Source: Bacteroidia bacterium
Lineage (GTDB): Bacteria > Bacteroidota > Bacteroidia > JACCXN01
Direction of reading: 5' to 3'
DNA length: 64,000 nt
Assembly (NCBI GenBank): GCA_046299555.1
Contig: JBKBHS010000004.1
Coordinates: 52,056 to 116,055, forward strand
Made by a program: the position numbers and the translations under genes. This document shows, in pieces, positions 50,926 through 60,067 of the stretch. Under the pieces are notes generated by a model. It was not told where the DNA came from, searched no databases, and worked only from the letters and a program-made list of their open reading frames with translations. Numbering within the stretch: position 1 is the first letter of the stretch; the number at the start of each line of letters is the position of its first letter.

Positions 50926-53900
50926 ATGAAATATATGTTTCGAATAAAAATCATTCTGATAATGCTTTTGCTCGGAGCAAATACCTTATTGGCTCAACGA
51001 CAAATTGCACAGGCAGAATATTTTATTGATACCGATCCTGGACCTGGAAATGGAACTCCCGTATTGGCAGTGGATGGCAATTTAGATAATGCCATTGAAT
51101 CCTTGTTTAGAAATGGAATCTCTGCAGGTTCTGTTGGTTTGCATACATTTAATGTTCGTGTAAAAGACAATTTGAATAACTGGGGACCTGTATTTAGAAC
51201 TGTTTTTTATTCATCTTCACCATTAACTACACGAAATATAAATGTATCACAAGCAGAATTATTTTTTGATAACGATCCCGGACAAGGTAATGGTACGCCC
51301 TTAATTGCATTTGATGGTAATTTTAACGATGCCATAGAAAGCATTAGCGGATCAATTTCTTCATTACCATCTAGCGGATTGCATGTATTACATATTCGTG
51401 TTAAAGATCCTCAAAATAATTGGGGGCCAAGCTTTAAAACGATTGTAAATATTACTTCTCCACTTGCTTTACGACAAATTAGAGTTAATGCAGCAGAATT
51501 GTTTTTTGATACCGATCCGGGACAAGGCAATGGCGTAGCTTTATTAGCTTTTGATGGCAACTTTAATGATGCTTTAGAAACTATTTCAGGAAGTATCAGT
51601 GTTTTGCCTTCAAGCGGGTTACATTTATTAAATGTAAGAGTACAAGATGCAAATGGTAACTGGGGGCCGGTATTTAAAACCATTGTGAATGTTACCAATC
51701 CATTATCACTAAGACAAATTAAAATTACAGAAGGTGAATTCTTTTTTGATATTGATCCGGGGCAAGGGCAAGGTTTTCCATTATTAGCATTTGATGGCAA
51801 TTTTAATGATGCCATTGAAAGCATGAATGCCAATTTTTCATTTTTACCCGATACCGGATTACATGTACTTAATGTACGCAGTAAAGATGCAAATGGTAAC
51901 TGGAGTCCAACCTTTAAAACAGTTTTACGTGTTTTACCTTGTGTAAACCAACCAACTGTAACTATAACACCAAATACTACACAATTAATTTGTCCCGGTG
52001 ATACGGTGAGTTTTACTGCTCAGGCAGGATTTACTTCTTATACTTGGTTTAGAGGCGGTACTGTTGTTGGAAACGGACAAAATTATGTGGCTGATACGGT
52101 TGGTTTTTATCGTGTTTATGCTGTAGATGCAAACGGATGTGGAGTTTTCTCTGACTTTACACAAGTAAATATGAATTTTTACAATGCCAATATTACAGCA
52201 TCCGGCCCTACCACATTTTGTCAGGGAGGTAGTGTGGTATTAACTGCCGGTTCAGGTAATACTTCCTATCAATGGAATACGGGAGCAACTACGCAAAGCA
52301 TTACAGTAGCATCGTCAGGAACATATATTGTAAATGTTTACAATGGAACCTGTATGGGTACTGATACTATTGAAGTAACTGTAAATCCTAATCCAAGTAC
52401 TCCTATTATTACCACTTCAGGTTCAACTTCAATTTGTCCGGGCGATTCTGTATCATTAACTTGTTCTACTTCTGCCAATGCCTACGCATGGAGTACCAAT
52501 GAATACACACAAAGTATTACTGTAAGCAATAGTGGAAATTATACTGTTACCATTACCGACAATAATAATTGTCAATCATCTTCCAGTATAAACGTTACTG
52601 TATATCCTAATCCGATTTCAAGTATAAATAGCAGCATTACAATATGCGAAGGAGATACAGCGCAAATGTCGGTAAGTGGTGGAGTAAGTTATGCTTGGAC
52701 TCCGGCAGTTGGATTAAGTAATCCATCAATTGCCAATCCATTTGTTTATCCAATTATATCAACACAATATACTGTAAATGTAGTTGGTTTAGGCGGATGT
52801 ACAGATTCAGCAACAGTAAACGTTTTAGTTAATCCAAAACCAACAGTTGCTGCATCGGCAAATAATACTGTTTTATGCGAAGGTAATTCACTTAACCTAT
52901 TTGCATTGCCAAATGGAGCAAGTTCTTATGCATGGAGTGGTCCGGCAGGATTTACTTCTGTAAATCAGAATCCAACTATTTCAAGCTTAACAACTGCAAA
53001 TACAGGTATTTATTCAGTAACTGCTTATAATAGTGCCGGATGTTTTGATACAGATACTTTAAACATAACAGTAAATCCGGGACCAATTGCATTTGCTTCT
53101 GCCAATAATATCAATCTTTGCGAAGGTGATACCTTGCAATTAAATTCATTACCCAATGGAATGGTTTCGTATAGTTGGGTTGGGCCTAATGGATTTAGCG
53201 ATAATCAGCAAAATACTCAAATAATAGGTGTTAATGGTACTAACCAAGGCACTTATACTGTAACTGTAAGCAATGGATTATGTAATTCTTCAGCACAAGT
53301 AAGTATTAATGTAAGCAGTGTTCCGGTTATAACGGCTAGTGCCAATAATACCAATTTATGTGAAGGAAGTGTATTGAATTTATTTGCAAGTATTGGAGCA
53401 TCAACTTATTCATGGAGTGGTCCTAATTTATTTACTTCTTCCTTACAAAATCCACAGATTACCAATGTTACAACATTGAATTCAGGAGATTATATTGTAA
53501 CCGGATATAATTCTTTAGGATGTTATTCTTCAGATACAATCACTGTTTCAATAATACCCGGTATTAATGCTGCTATTACCGGAAATACCGTGGTATGTGA
53601 AGAAGAAACCATTAGTTTAAATGGTTTACCTAATGGAATGCAAAGCTATAACTGGAGTGGACCAAATGGTTTTAATGCTAATACACAAAATATTAGTATT
53701 AATAATGCTCAAGCTGTTAATGCAGGAACATATACTTTAACAGTTAATAATGGAACTTGTAATTCAGTTACTAGCTATCAGATAATCGTAAAACCATCGC
53801 CTGATGTAACAGTAAATCAGTTTGGAGCGGTATTAAATGCCTTACAAGATTCGGCAAATTATCAGTGGATAAGTTGTTCTAATGCATTTGCACCTGTTAT

Positions 53901-54252
53901 TGGTGCTACTGCACAAACATTCACCGCATTTGAAAATGGTGATTATGCGGTAATAGTGATTTATAATGGTTGTGCTGATACCTCTGCATGTTTTAATGTA
54001 AATGGTTTAGGAATAGAAGAATCAAATAAAGAAAATACTTGGAGTATTTATCCAAATCCAAACAGAGGGCATTTTACTATCGAGGCACAAGCAGGAATGC
54101 AGTTTGAATTGATGGATTATACCGGTAAAATTATCCGCAGCTATCAAGTATGGCAAGATAGAATTAATATTCAAGAAGAATTATCAAGTGGTTTGTATTT
54201 AATAAGAAATACAGAAAGTGGCTCAGTTCATAAGCTTGTAATACAGAATTAA
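50926..54252 (+). CDS. T9SS type A cargo: four 80-aa D.DPG.G.G repeats, Ig-like/PKD-like stalk, CTD
   Basis: 240-bp period at 51028, 51268, 51508, 51748; YSWSGP repeats; SIYPNP...GLYLIR...KLVIQN. Confidence 0.85.
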   Translation: MKYMFRIKIILIMLLLGANTLLAQRQIAQAEYFIDTDPGPGNGTPVLAVDGNLDNAIESLFRNGISAGSVGLHTFNVRVKDNLNNWGPVFRTVFYSSSPLTTRNINVSQAELFFDNDPGQGNGTPLIAFDGNFNDAIESISGSISSLPSSGLHVLHIRVKDPQNNWGPSFKTIVNITSPLALRQIRVNAAELFFDTDPGQGNGVALLAFDGNFNDALETISGSISVLPSSGLHLLNVRVQDANGNWGPVFKTIVNVTNPLSLRQIKITEGEFFFDIDPGQGQGFPLLAFDGNFNDAIESMNANFSFLPDTGLHVLNVRSKDANGNWSPTFKTVLRVLPCVNQPTVTITPNTTQLICPGDTVSFTAQAGFTSYTWFRGGTVVGNGQNYVADTVGFYRVYAVDANGCGVFSDFTQVNMNFYNANITASGPTTFCQGGSVVLTAGSGNTSYQWNTGATTQSITVASSGTYIVNVYNGTCMGTDTIEVTVNPNPSTPIITTSGSTSICPGDSVSLTCSTSANAYAWSTNEYTQSITVSNSGNYTVTITDNNNCQSSSSINVTVYPNPISSINSSITICEGDTAQMSVSGGVSYAWTPAVGLSNPSIANPFVYPIISTQYTVNVVGLGGCTDSATVNVLVNPKPTVAASANNTVLCEGNSLNLFALPNGASSYAWSGPAGFTSVNQNPTISSLTTANTGIYSVTAYNSAGCFDTDTLNITVNPGPIAFASANNINLCEGDTLQLNSLPNGMVSYSWVGPNGFSDNQQNTQIIGVNGTNQGTYTVTVSNGLCNSSAQVSINVSSVPVITASANNTNLCEGSVLNLFASIGASTYSWSGPNLFTSSLQNPQITNVTTLNSGDYIVTGYNSLGCYSSDTITVSIIPGINAAITGNTVVCEEETISLNGLPNGMQSYNWSGPNGFNANTQNISINNAQAVNAGTYTLTVNNGTCNSVTSYQIIVKPSPDVTVNQFGAVLNALQDSANYQWISCSNAFAPVIGATAQTFTAFENGDYAVIVIYNGCADTSACFNVNGLGIEESNKENTWSIYPNPNRGHFTIEAQAGMQFELMDYTGKIIRSYQVWQDRINIQEELSSGLYLIRNTESGSVHKLVIQN

Positions 54253-54336
54253 GAATAAAATTTTTAGGCGGGTTTTAGTACAAAACCCGCCCCCCGCAAC
54301 GGGGTTTTGTTGCAAACCGCGGTACCCGAAAAGCGG
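54007..54336 (+). repeat. Duplicated CTD plus intergenic block (second copy starts at 56020)
   Basis: Offset 2013; 9 substitutions across the ~246-nt coding part; identity continues through the stop into the structured element. Confidence 0.9.
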
Positions 54337-54353
54337 AAAAGTGAGTAGGGACG
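54267..54353 (+). repeat. Structured intergenic element, copy 1
   Basis: GGCGGGTTTT-agtac-AAAACCCGCC, CCCCC, GCAAC-ggggtttt-GTTGC, CCGC-ggtacccgaaaa-GCGG, GAGTAGGG. Confidence 0.85.
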
Positions 54354-54369
54354 AGTAAAACAAACAATT

Positions 54370-56265
54370 ATGAAAAAAATCTACCTGTTCATCGTATTAT
54401 GTGTTTCATTGTTGCTAACAAACTTAATTTATGCGCAAACAGTTACTACCATTGCCTCAACTACTTGTAATCCTCATGGATTAGCTGTTGATAACATTGG
54501 AAATGTATATTTTTCTGAAACAAGCAGTTGTTATCAAATAAATAAATTAGATACAGCGGGAAATATTATCACTTTTGCTACTTTAACAAACGATCCGGCA
54601 CAGTTAGTTTATCGCAATGGTTACATTTATGTTGCGTATCATTGGAGTGCCGAAAAAAAGATAGTACGAATCCCTCTTTCTGGTGGTGCTCCACAAGACT
54701 ATGTAACAAACATTGGAGATACATATGGTGCATGGGGTATGGTATTTGATGGAGATACATTGTTTTTTGTTGAATATGCTAATCAAAGAATATACAAAGT
54801 ATTACCCGGAGGAGGAGCTGTTGGTGGGCCTAATGTAATACCTATTCAGAATACAATATTCGGAATAGCAGGAAGTAGTAAAAGAACATGTGGGTTAAAT
54901 TTTTTACCAAATGGAAATTTTATAGTAAGCACCTTATATGATGGAGGTAAAATTTATGAAGTAAATCGTCAAACCGGCAGTGTTTCATTATTATTAACAG
55001 CTCCTGATAATATTATAATAGATGTTACCAAAATTGGTAATTTGTATTATTTAACGGGTTACAATACACATAAAATTTATACCTTGGATCCAATATCCTT
55101 AAATGTAACAACATATGCTGGTACAGGTTCTGCTGGCAATACAGATGGACCTTTATTAATTTCTACATTTACACAACCATATTTTATTAGTGAGGATATT
55201 TACGGAAATATTTATGTTACCTGTAGTGGCTCCAATAAAGTTCGTAAAATTTGGGATTGTCATCTCATCAATTCAAGTTTTACTTATAATAATGCATGCA
55301 TAGGAGGGAACGCATTAGTGCAGGTAAATAGTAGCGGAGGTAATTTTAGCCATTCGTATTCGTGGACAGGACCAAACTCTTTTACTGCCAGCGGTTCAAC
55401 CATTAACTTCCCATTAAACTCAAATACACTTGGTACCTATACCGTTCAAATAACCGATTTGTTTGGATGTACCAAAACAGATTCTATTCAAATTACAGAT
55501 CCTACAACATATGGCAGCATTACGGCAACTACTTGTGGACAGTATACTTCACCCAGTGGAAATTATGTATGGACAAGCAGCGGAACCTACGCGGATACTA
55601 TTGCAAATGCAACAGGATGTGATAGTGTGATTTCAGTAAGTTTAACTATAACACCTAATAGTACAAATACAATTACGGTTAGCTCTTGCAATAATTATAC
55701 TTCTCCCAGTGGAAATTATGTATGGACAAATAGTGGAACTTATGTAGATACAATTCCGAATAGTGCCGGATGTGATAGCATCATTACCATTCAACTTACC
55801 ATAAACACTATTACTAATCTGACAACCACGGTGAGTGGCAACACAATTACAGCGAACAATACGAATGCAAGCTATCAGTGGTTAGATTGTGGTAATAATT
55901 ATGCCGTAATATCAGGTGCAACCAGTCAAGTATTTACACCAGCTGTAAGTGGGAGTTATGCGGTTCAGCTTACCGAAAATGGTTGTGTGGATACAAGTGC
56001 ATGTGTAAGTATAACAATTTTAGGAATAGAAGAATCAAACAAAGAAAATACTTGGAGTATTTATCCCAATCCAAACAGAGGGCATTTTACTATCGAGGCA
56101 CAAGCAGGAATGCAGTTTGAATTGATGGATTATACCGGTAAAATTATCCTCAGCTATCAGGCATGGCAAGATAGAATTCATATTCAAGAAGAATTATCAA
56201 GTGGTTTGTATTTGATAAGAAATACAGAAAGTGGTTCAGTTCAAAAGCTTGTAATACAGAATTAA
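54370..56265 (+). CDS. T9SS type A cargo with NHL/SMP-30-like propeller and Cys-containing stalk repeats
   Basis: PHGLAVDNIGNVYF, YAGTGSAGNTDG, TSPSGNYVWT.SGTY.DTI x2, CTD nearly identical to that of 50926. Confidence 0.85.
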   Translation: MKKIYLFIVLCVSLLLTNLIYAQTVTTIASTTCNPHGLAVDNIGNVYFSETSSCYQINKLDTAGNIITFATLTNDPAQLVYRNGYIYVAYHWSAEKKIVRIPLSGGAPQDYVTNIGDTYGAWGMVFDGDTLFFVEYANQRIYKVLPGGGAVGGPNVIPIQNTIFGIAGSSKRTCGLNFLPNGNFIVSTLYDGGKIYEVNRQTGSVSLLLTAPDNIIIDVTKIGNLYYLTGYNTHKIYTLDPISLNVTTYAGTGSAGNTDGPLLISTFTQPYFISEDIYGNIYVTCSGSNKVRKIWDCHLINSSFTYNNACIGGNALVQVNSSGGNFSHSYSWTGPNSFTASGSTINFPLNSNTLGTYTVQITDLFGCTKTDSIQITDPTTYGSITATTCGQYTSPSGNYVWTSSGTYADTIANATGCDSVISVSLTITPNSTNTITVSSCNNYTSPSGNYVWTNSGTYVDTIPNSAGCDSIITIQLTINTITNLTTTVSGNTITANNTNASYQWLDCGNNYAVISGATSQVFTPAVSGSYAVQLTENGCVDTSACVSITILGIEESNKENTWSIYPNPNRGHFTIEAQAGMQFELMDYTGKIILSYQAWQDRIHIQEELSSGLYLIRNTESGSVQKLVIQN

Positions 56266-56279
56266 GAATAAAATTTTTA

Positions 56280-56365
56280 GGCGGGTTTTAGTACAAAACC
56301 CGCCCCCTGCAACGGGGGTTTGTTGCAAGCGCGGTACCCGAAAAGCGTAATAGAGAGTAGGGGCG
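56280..56365 (+). repeat. Structured intergenic element, copy 2
   Basis: Same hairpin; TGCAAC-gggggttt-GTTGCA; GCGC-ggtacccgaaaa-GCGT; GAGTAGGGGCG. Confidence 0.85.
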
Positions 56366-56382
56366 TAACTATCAATTTAAAA

Positions 56383-58179
56383 ATGAAAAAGGTTTTTTAT
56401 AGCATTTGTTTTATTGCAATTTCATTTTCAATTTCTGCTCAAAACTATGAAGTTGAAACTACTAAATTTAATTTATCAGATTATAAAATTGAAAAAGGTT
56501 GGAAATCATATGGTTCTTTTGTCAATAATAATGGTGATTATGTTATAAAGTTTGGCTCTGCCTATTGTGATGTTGATTTGAGTACATCTTATACTTATGA
56601 TACCAAGACTATTAAAGCAAATTTTAAAGGAGTAGCTTATAAATTTAAAGAAGTTGTTTTTGGTCAAAATTTACAATTTAAAGAACTTATTTCAAAAGAT
56701 TTTCCTACAACTGTTGATGCTTTGCAGTATCAAAAAGATCTTTTTGGTAAAACATTCGAGCCGATTAATGCGAATGTTTTTGAAAAAATTGCAAAAAATA
56801 ATCCTTATGCAATTATAGGTAAAAGTATCACCGAAGGTGTAGCTTACATGCCTAAATTAACAAGTGATTATATTGGGCAATTTATTGTATTTCCGGTTAC
56901 AAAAGCTGCCATTGGTAAACCTAATAATAAAATTTCAACGGCATTTATAATGTCAACTGTAAAAGGCAACTTAGAAGTAAAAGGATATTACGAAAAAGCA
57001 AGTTGCAGCGAAGTGCCTATTTATTTACCAATGGAACAAATAGACACAAAAGAAAATAAGAATGAATTGTGGATATTAGCAAATAATGTGGTATATCCAG
57101 GCGGTGGAATAATTGGATATTTTACAAAAGATGTAGTGCCTGATGATGGCAAATTACATGTTATTTACAGACAATTTGATGAAAACTTGAATGAATTAAA
57201 TAGGTTGGATTTACCATTTGATTATACTCCGGTTTTTCAAAATTTTACTTATAAAAACAACGATCAGTATGATATGATATTAATTGCACAATCTTCGAAT
57301 AAGGGTGCTCCACATCCTGCATTTAGCAAAATGCATAAAGAGAAAAATCCAAATCAAGCTGAGTTGATATATATAGATGGTAAAACATTAAAAGTAAAGC
57401 ATAGAATTCCATTTGAACTTCCATATTCTAAATGGTATAAAATTACAATGCTTACAAATAATGATAATGAAGTATATTTTATGGGTAAATGTGCAACAGA
57501 TAACAAAACAGCTATGAATCATATTGATTGGGGGGATAAGGGCTTAGATAATTTTCAGATTTTAAAATTTAAAAATGGGAAAATTGACTGGATAAAAGGT
57601 GTAGATGCCAAGGGTGATGCCGCTAAAATAAAATTGGTTACGGGTGAAAAAATAAAAGGCAAATCTGAGAAAAAAATTATTATTAGAACCATAAACCCTG
57701 AAAATGCAAATGAAGTTGTTTTCTTAGATGATAAATTTTATATACAAGGACAGGTATTTAATGGTCAATCATATGTAGCAGAGTTTAATAGTAATACAGG
57801 CGATTTACTTAACTACTATGTAAAGCCTGAGTCAATTAAAGCAAAACAAAACCTTGTTTTTTCAAAGGATAAAAAAAGTATTTATTGGTTAACATATAAT
57901 TTTAAAAACTATAATAAATACGATAGTAAAACCGGTGTGCTTACAAGTGATAAAATTCCAGGTATGATTGCAGGTGAGTTATTTGTTTCTAAGTTAGGAG
58001 TAGGAACCGGCAATTTTACACCCTTTACACAATTGGGTAAAGAAGAGTGGCTTATTTCATACCATGAACCAGTTATTTTAGATGAATATACAGCTGATTC
58101 GTTTATATTATATGGCCGCACTATTGCTAAAAAAGCTAAGAATAGCGAATTGGTTTTAGTGAAAGTAAAAAAGAACTAA
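56383..58179 (+). CDS. Exported hypothetical protein, no T9SS CTD
   Basis: MKKVFYSICFIAISFSISAQ signal peptide from the ATG at 56383; the track's 56320 start reads through the repeat element. Confidence 0.75.
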   Translation: MKKVFYSICFIAISFSISAQNYEVETTKFNLSDYKIEKGWKSYGSFVNNNGDYVIKFGSAYCDVDLSTSYTYDTKTIKANFKGVAYKFKEVVFGQNLQFKELISKDFPTTVDALQYQKDLFGKTFEPINANVFEKIAKNNPYAIIGKSITEGVAYMPKLTSDYIGQFIVFPVTKAAIGKPNNKISTAFIMSTVKGNLEVKGYYEKASCSEVPIYLPMEQIDTKENKNELWILANNVVYPGGGIIGYFTKDVVPDDGKLHVIYRQFDENLNELNRLDLPFDYTPVFQNFTYKNNDQYDMILIAQSSNKGAPHPAFSKMHKEKNPNQAELIYIDGKTLKVKHRIPFELPYSKWYKITMLTNNDNEVYFMGKCATDNKTAMNHIDWGDKGLDNFQILKFKNGKIDWIKGVDAKGDAAKIKLVTGEKIKGKSEKKIIIRTINPENANEVVFLDDKFYIQGQVFNGQSYVAEFNSNTGDLLNYYVKPESIKAKQNLVFSKDKKSIYWLTYNFKNYNKYDSKTGVLTSDKIPGMIAGELFVSKLGVGTGNFTPFTQLGKEEWLISYHEPVILDEYTADSFILYGRTIAKKAKNSELVLVKVKKN

Positions 58180-58190
58180 AATAATTTTTT

Positions 58191-58280
58191 GGCGGGTTTT
58201 GACTACAACTAAAACCCGCCCCCTCCAACGGGGTCTTGTTGCAAACCGCGGTACCTGAAAAGCGGCAAAAAGAGTAGGGA
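58191..58280 (+). repeat. Structured intergenic element, copy 3
   Basis: GGCGGGTTTT-gactacaact-AAAACCCGCC; CAAC-ggggtctt-GTTG; CCGC-ggtacctgaaaa-GCGG; GAGTAGGG. Confidence 0.85.
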
Positions 58281-58300
58281 TAAATTTAAAATCAAAGAAG

Positions 58301-59965
58301 ATGAAAATTACAAATTTTACGCTAAAATTCTATTTCATTATTCTGTATTTTTTCATGGTGAATAGTTTGTTTTCTCAAGCTCCTGCATGGAACTGGGTTA
58401 GTACAGGTGGTGGTGTAGGTATTTCTAATTATGCTACCTCTTGTGTTAATGATAATGCTGGTAATACTTTTTTATCTGGATTGCATAATGATACCATGAT
58501 GATTCAAAAGTTTGATCCCAATGGTAATTTAGTTTGGATGACTAAACCCGTTATTAAAGGCTCAGTTCCTCAAAGCAGGATATATGACATAGCATTGGAT
58601 TCTTTTGGTAATGTGTATGTGGGCGGAACCTTTCATGATACTTGTTATTTCGGATCAATCATGTTAATATCAGATACGGTTAATAGCAATCCATCTTCTG
58701 CAGGCTTCTTGGCAAAACTTGATCCTAATGGAAATTTTATCTGGGCTATTAATGCTATACAATCAAGTTCTTGTCAATCTGTTGCTGTTGATCAAAATAA
58801 TGATATTATCATTGGCGGAACTGCAGGTATTTATTCCAATTTTGTTATTTCCGGACAAAGCGTTTCTATCACTAGTCCTAAACAGCATTTATTTATGGCA
58901 AAAATAAACTCATCAGGAGTAGGGATATGGGCTAAGGTATTTGAATCTGCACCTTCAAACCCAACTTTAGGGAAATCTGCTGTTCATGATATTTGTACAG
59001 ATAATTCAGGAAATGTTTACTTCACAGGGTATTTTTCATATTCTGTTAATTTTGGAGGCGTTGCCCTAACTGCAAGCGGTTCAGAAATTTATTTGGCTAA
59101 ATTAGATGCAAACGGCAACACAGTTTGGGTAAAACAAAGCAATTCCAGTTTATCCTACAAAGGTGCGTGTGGTCAAGGGGTAGGTGTTGATGCATCCGGA
59201 GATGTATATTTATTAGGATGGATAGAAGAAAATACCAATTTTGGTAGCTTCACTGCAACATATGGTGGGACACCATCTTCCCAAAATACCATTGTACTCG
59301 TTAAATACAACTCTTCAGGAACCGAGCAATGGGCAAAAGCCTTTGGTAAAGTAAAATCCGATAGTTATTACGGACGCACAATCGGATATTCATTAACAAG
59401 TTCAGGCGACAGTTACATAGGATCTTCTGCTGGAAATTTTGTTTCAGGCGGGATAGATTTTGGGGATGGTATTTCACAAAGCTTTCCAGTAAATGGTTTT
59501 ATAATAAATTATGTAGTGAAAGTGAACAATTCCGGGGTAACCCAATGGGCTAAATTTAACAATTCCAACACTACTGATAAGTTCTATAGTTCATCCATTG
59601 ATGCAGCAGAAAATGTATATGTTTGCGGTTACTGGATTACTGGTACGGGATTCGATAATTTAATAGCACCTACAGGTCCGTATGGAATTTTATTGGCTAA
59701 ACTTGGTTCTAATCCAATTAACTCAATAACAGATTATATCAACAATTCTTCTGCCTTTTTGATTTACCCCAACCCAGCCACCAATCAAATTACCATTCAA
59801 AGCGAGCAAGCCGGAGTATTTGATTTGTTAGATATACAAGGCAGAGTGTTACAAAGCTTTACGGTGAACAATAGCCAAGAAACCATACCACTTAATTATT
59901 CAGCGGGCATGTATTTTATTCGCGAACAAAAAAGCGGTGTTGTGCAGAAAGTAATTATCGAGTAA
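58301..59965 (+). CDS. T9SS type A cargo with SBBP-like beta-propeller repeats
   Basis: Repeated D..GNVY..G and AKLD.NGN..W; LIYPNPA...GMYFIR...KVIIE. Confidence 0.85.
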   Translation: MKITNFTLKFYFIILYFFMVNSLFSQAPAWNWVSTGGGVGISNYATSCVNDNAGNTFLSGLHNDTMMIQKFDPNGNLVWMTKPVIKGSVPQSRIYDIALDSFGNVYVGGTFHDTCYFGSIMLISDTVNSNPSSAGFLAKLDPNGNFIWAINAIQSSSCQSVAVDQNNDIIIGGTAGIYSNFVISGQSVSITSPKQHLFMAKINSSGVGIWAKVFESAPSNPTLGKSAVHDICTDNSGNVYFTGYFSYSVNFGGVALTASGSEIYLAKLDANGNTVWVKQSNSSLSYKGACGQGVGVDASGDVYLLGWIEENTNFGSFTATYGGTPSSQNTIVLVKYNSSGTEQWAKAFGKVKSDSYYGRTIGYSLTSSGDSYIGSSAGNFVSGGIDFGDGISQSFPVNGFIINYVVKVNNSGVTQWAKFNNSNTTDKFYSSSIDAAENVYVCGYWITGTGFDNLIAPTGPYGILLAKLGSNPINSITDYINNSSAFLIYPNPATNQITIQSEQAGVFDLLDIQGRVLQSFTVNNSQETIPLNYSAGMYFIREQKSGVVQKVIIE

Positions 59966-59978
59966 AATTTTTAAAATC

Positions 59979-60014
59979 AAAAAACAAGGGGCGAATATTC
60001 GCCCCTTGTTTTTT
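59979..60014. terminator. Perfect 36-bp palindrome, terminator
   Basis: AAAAAACAAGGGGCGAAT-ATTCGCCCCTTGTTTTTT. Confidence 0.85.
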
Positions 60015-60067
60015 GTGAATTTAATAAAATGTTATAAAATTGATAGGAAATTAAAAATTTTAATTCT

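Noticed and set aside
54281-54309. Alternative pairing CAAAACCC/GGGTTTTG as a terminator-antiterminator switch
   Set aside because: Perfect only in copy 1; disrupted without compensation in copies 2 and 3.
54292-54353. c-di-GMP-I or cobalamin riboswitch, or hammerhead/HDV/twister ribozyme
   Set aside because: GCAAACC, GAAA, GGGACG and CCCCGCAAC resemble fragments of those motifs but are out of register and not kept in all three copies; no CUGANGA or HDV topology. An Rfam search is needed to close this.
56320-56382. N-terminal extension MLQARYPKSV... in the ORF track
   Set aside because: It reads through the repeat element; the signal peptide starts at the ATG at 56383.
54267-58280. Integron attC sites
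   Set aside because: The CAAC...GTTG boxes are only 8 nt apart, do not match RYYYAAC/GTTRRRY, and no intI is present. A cassette-like role by another mechanism is left open.
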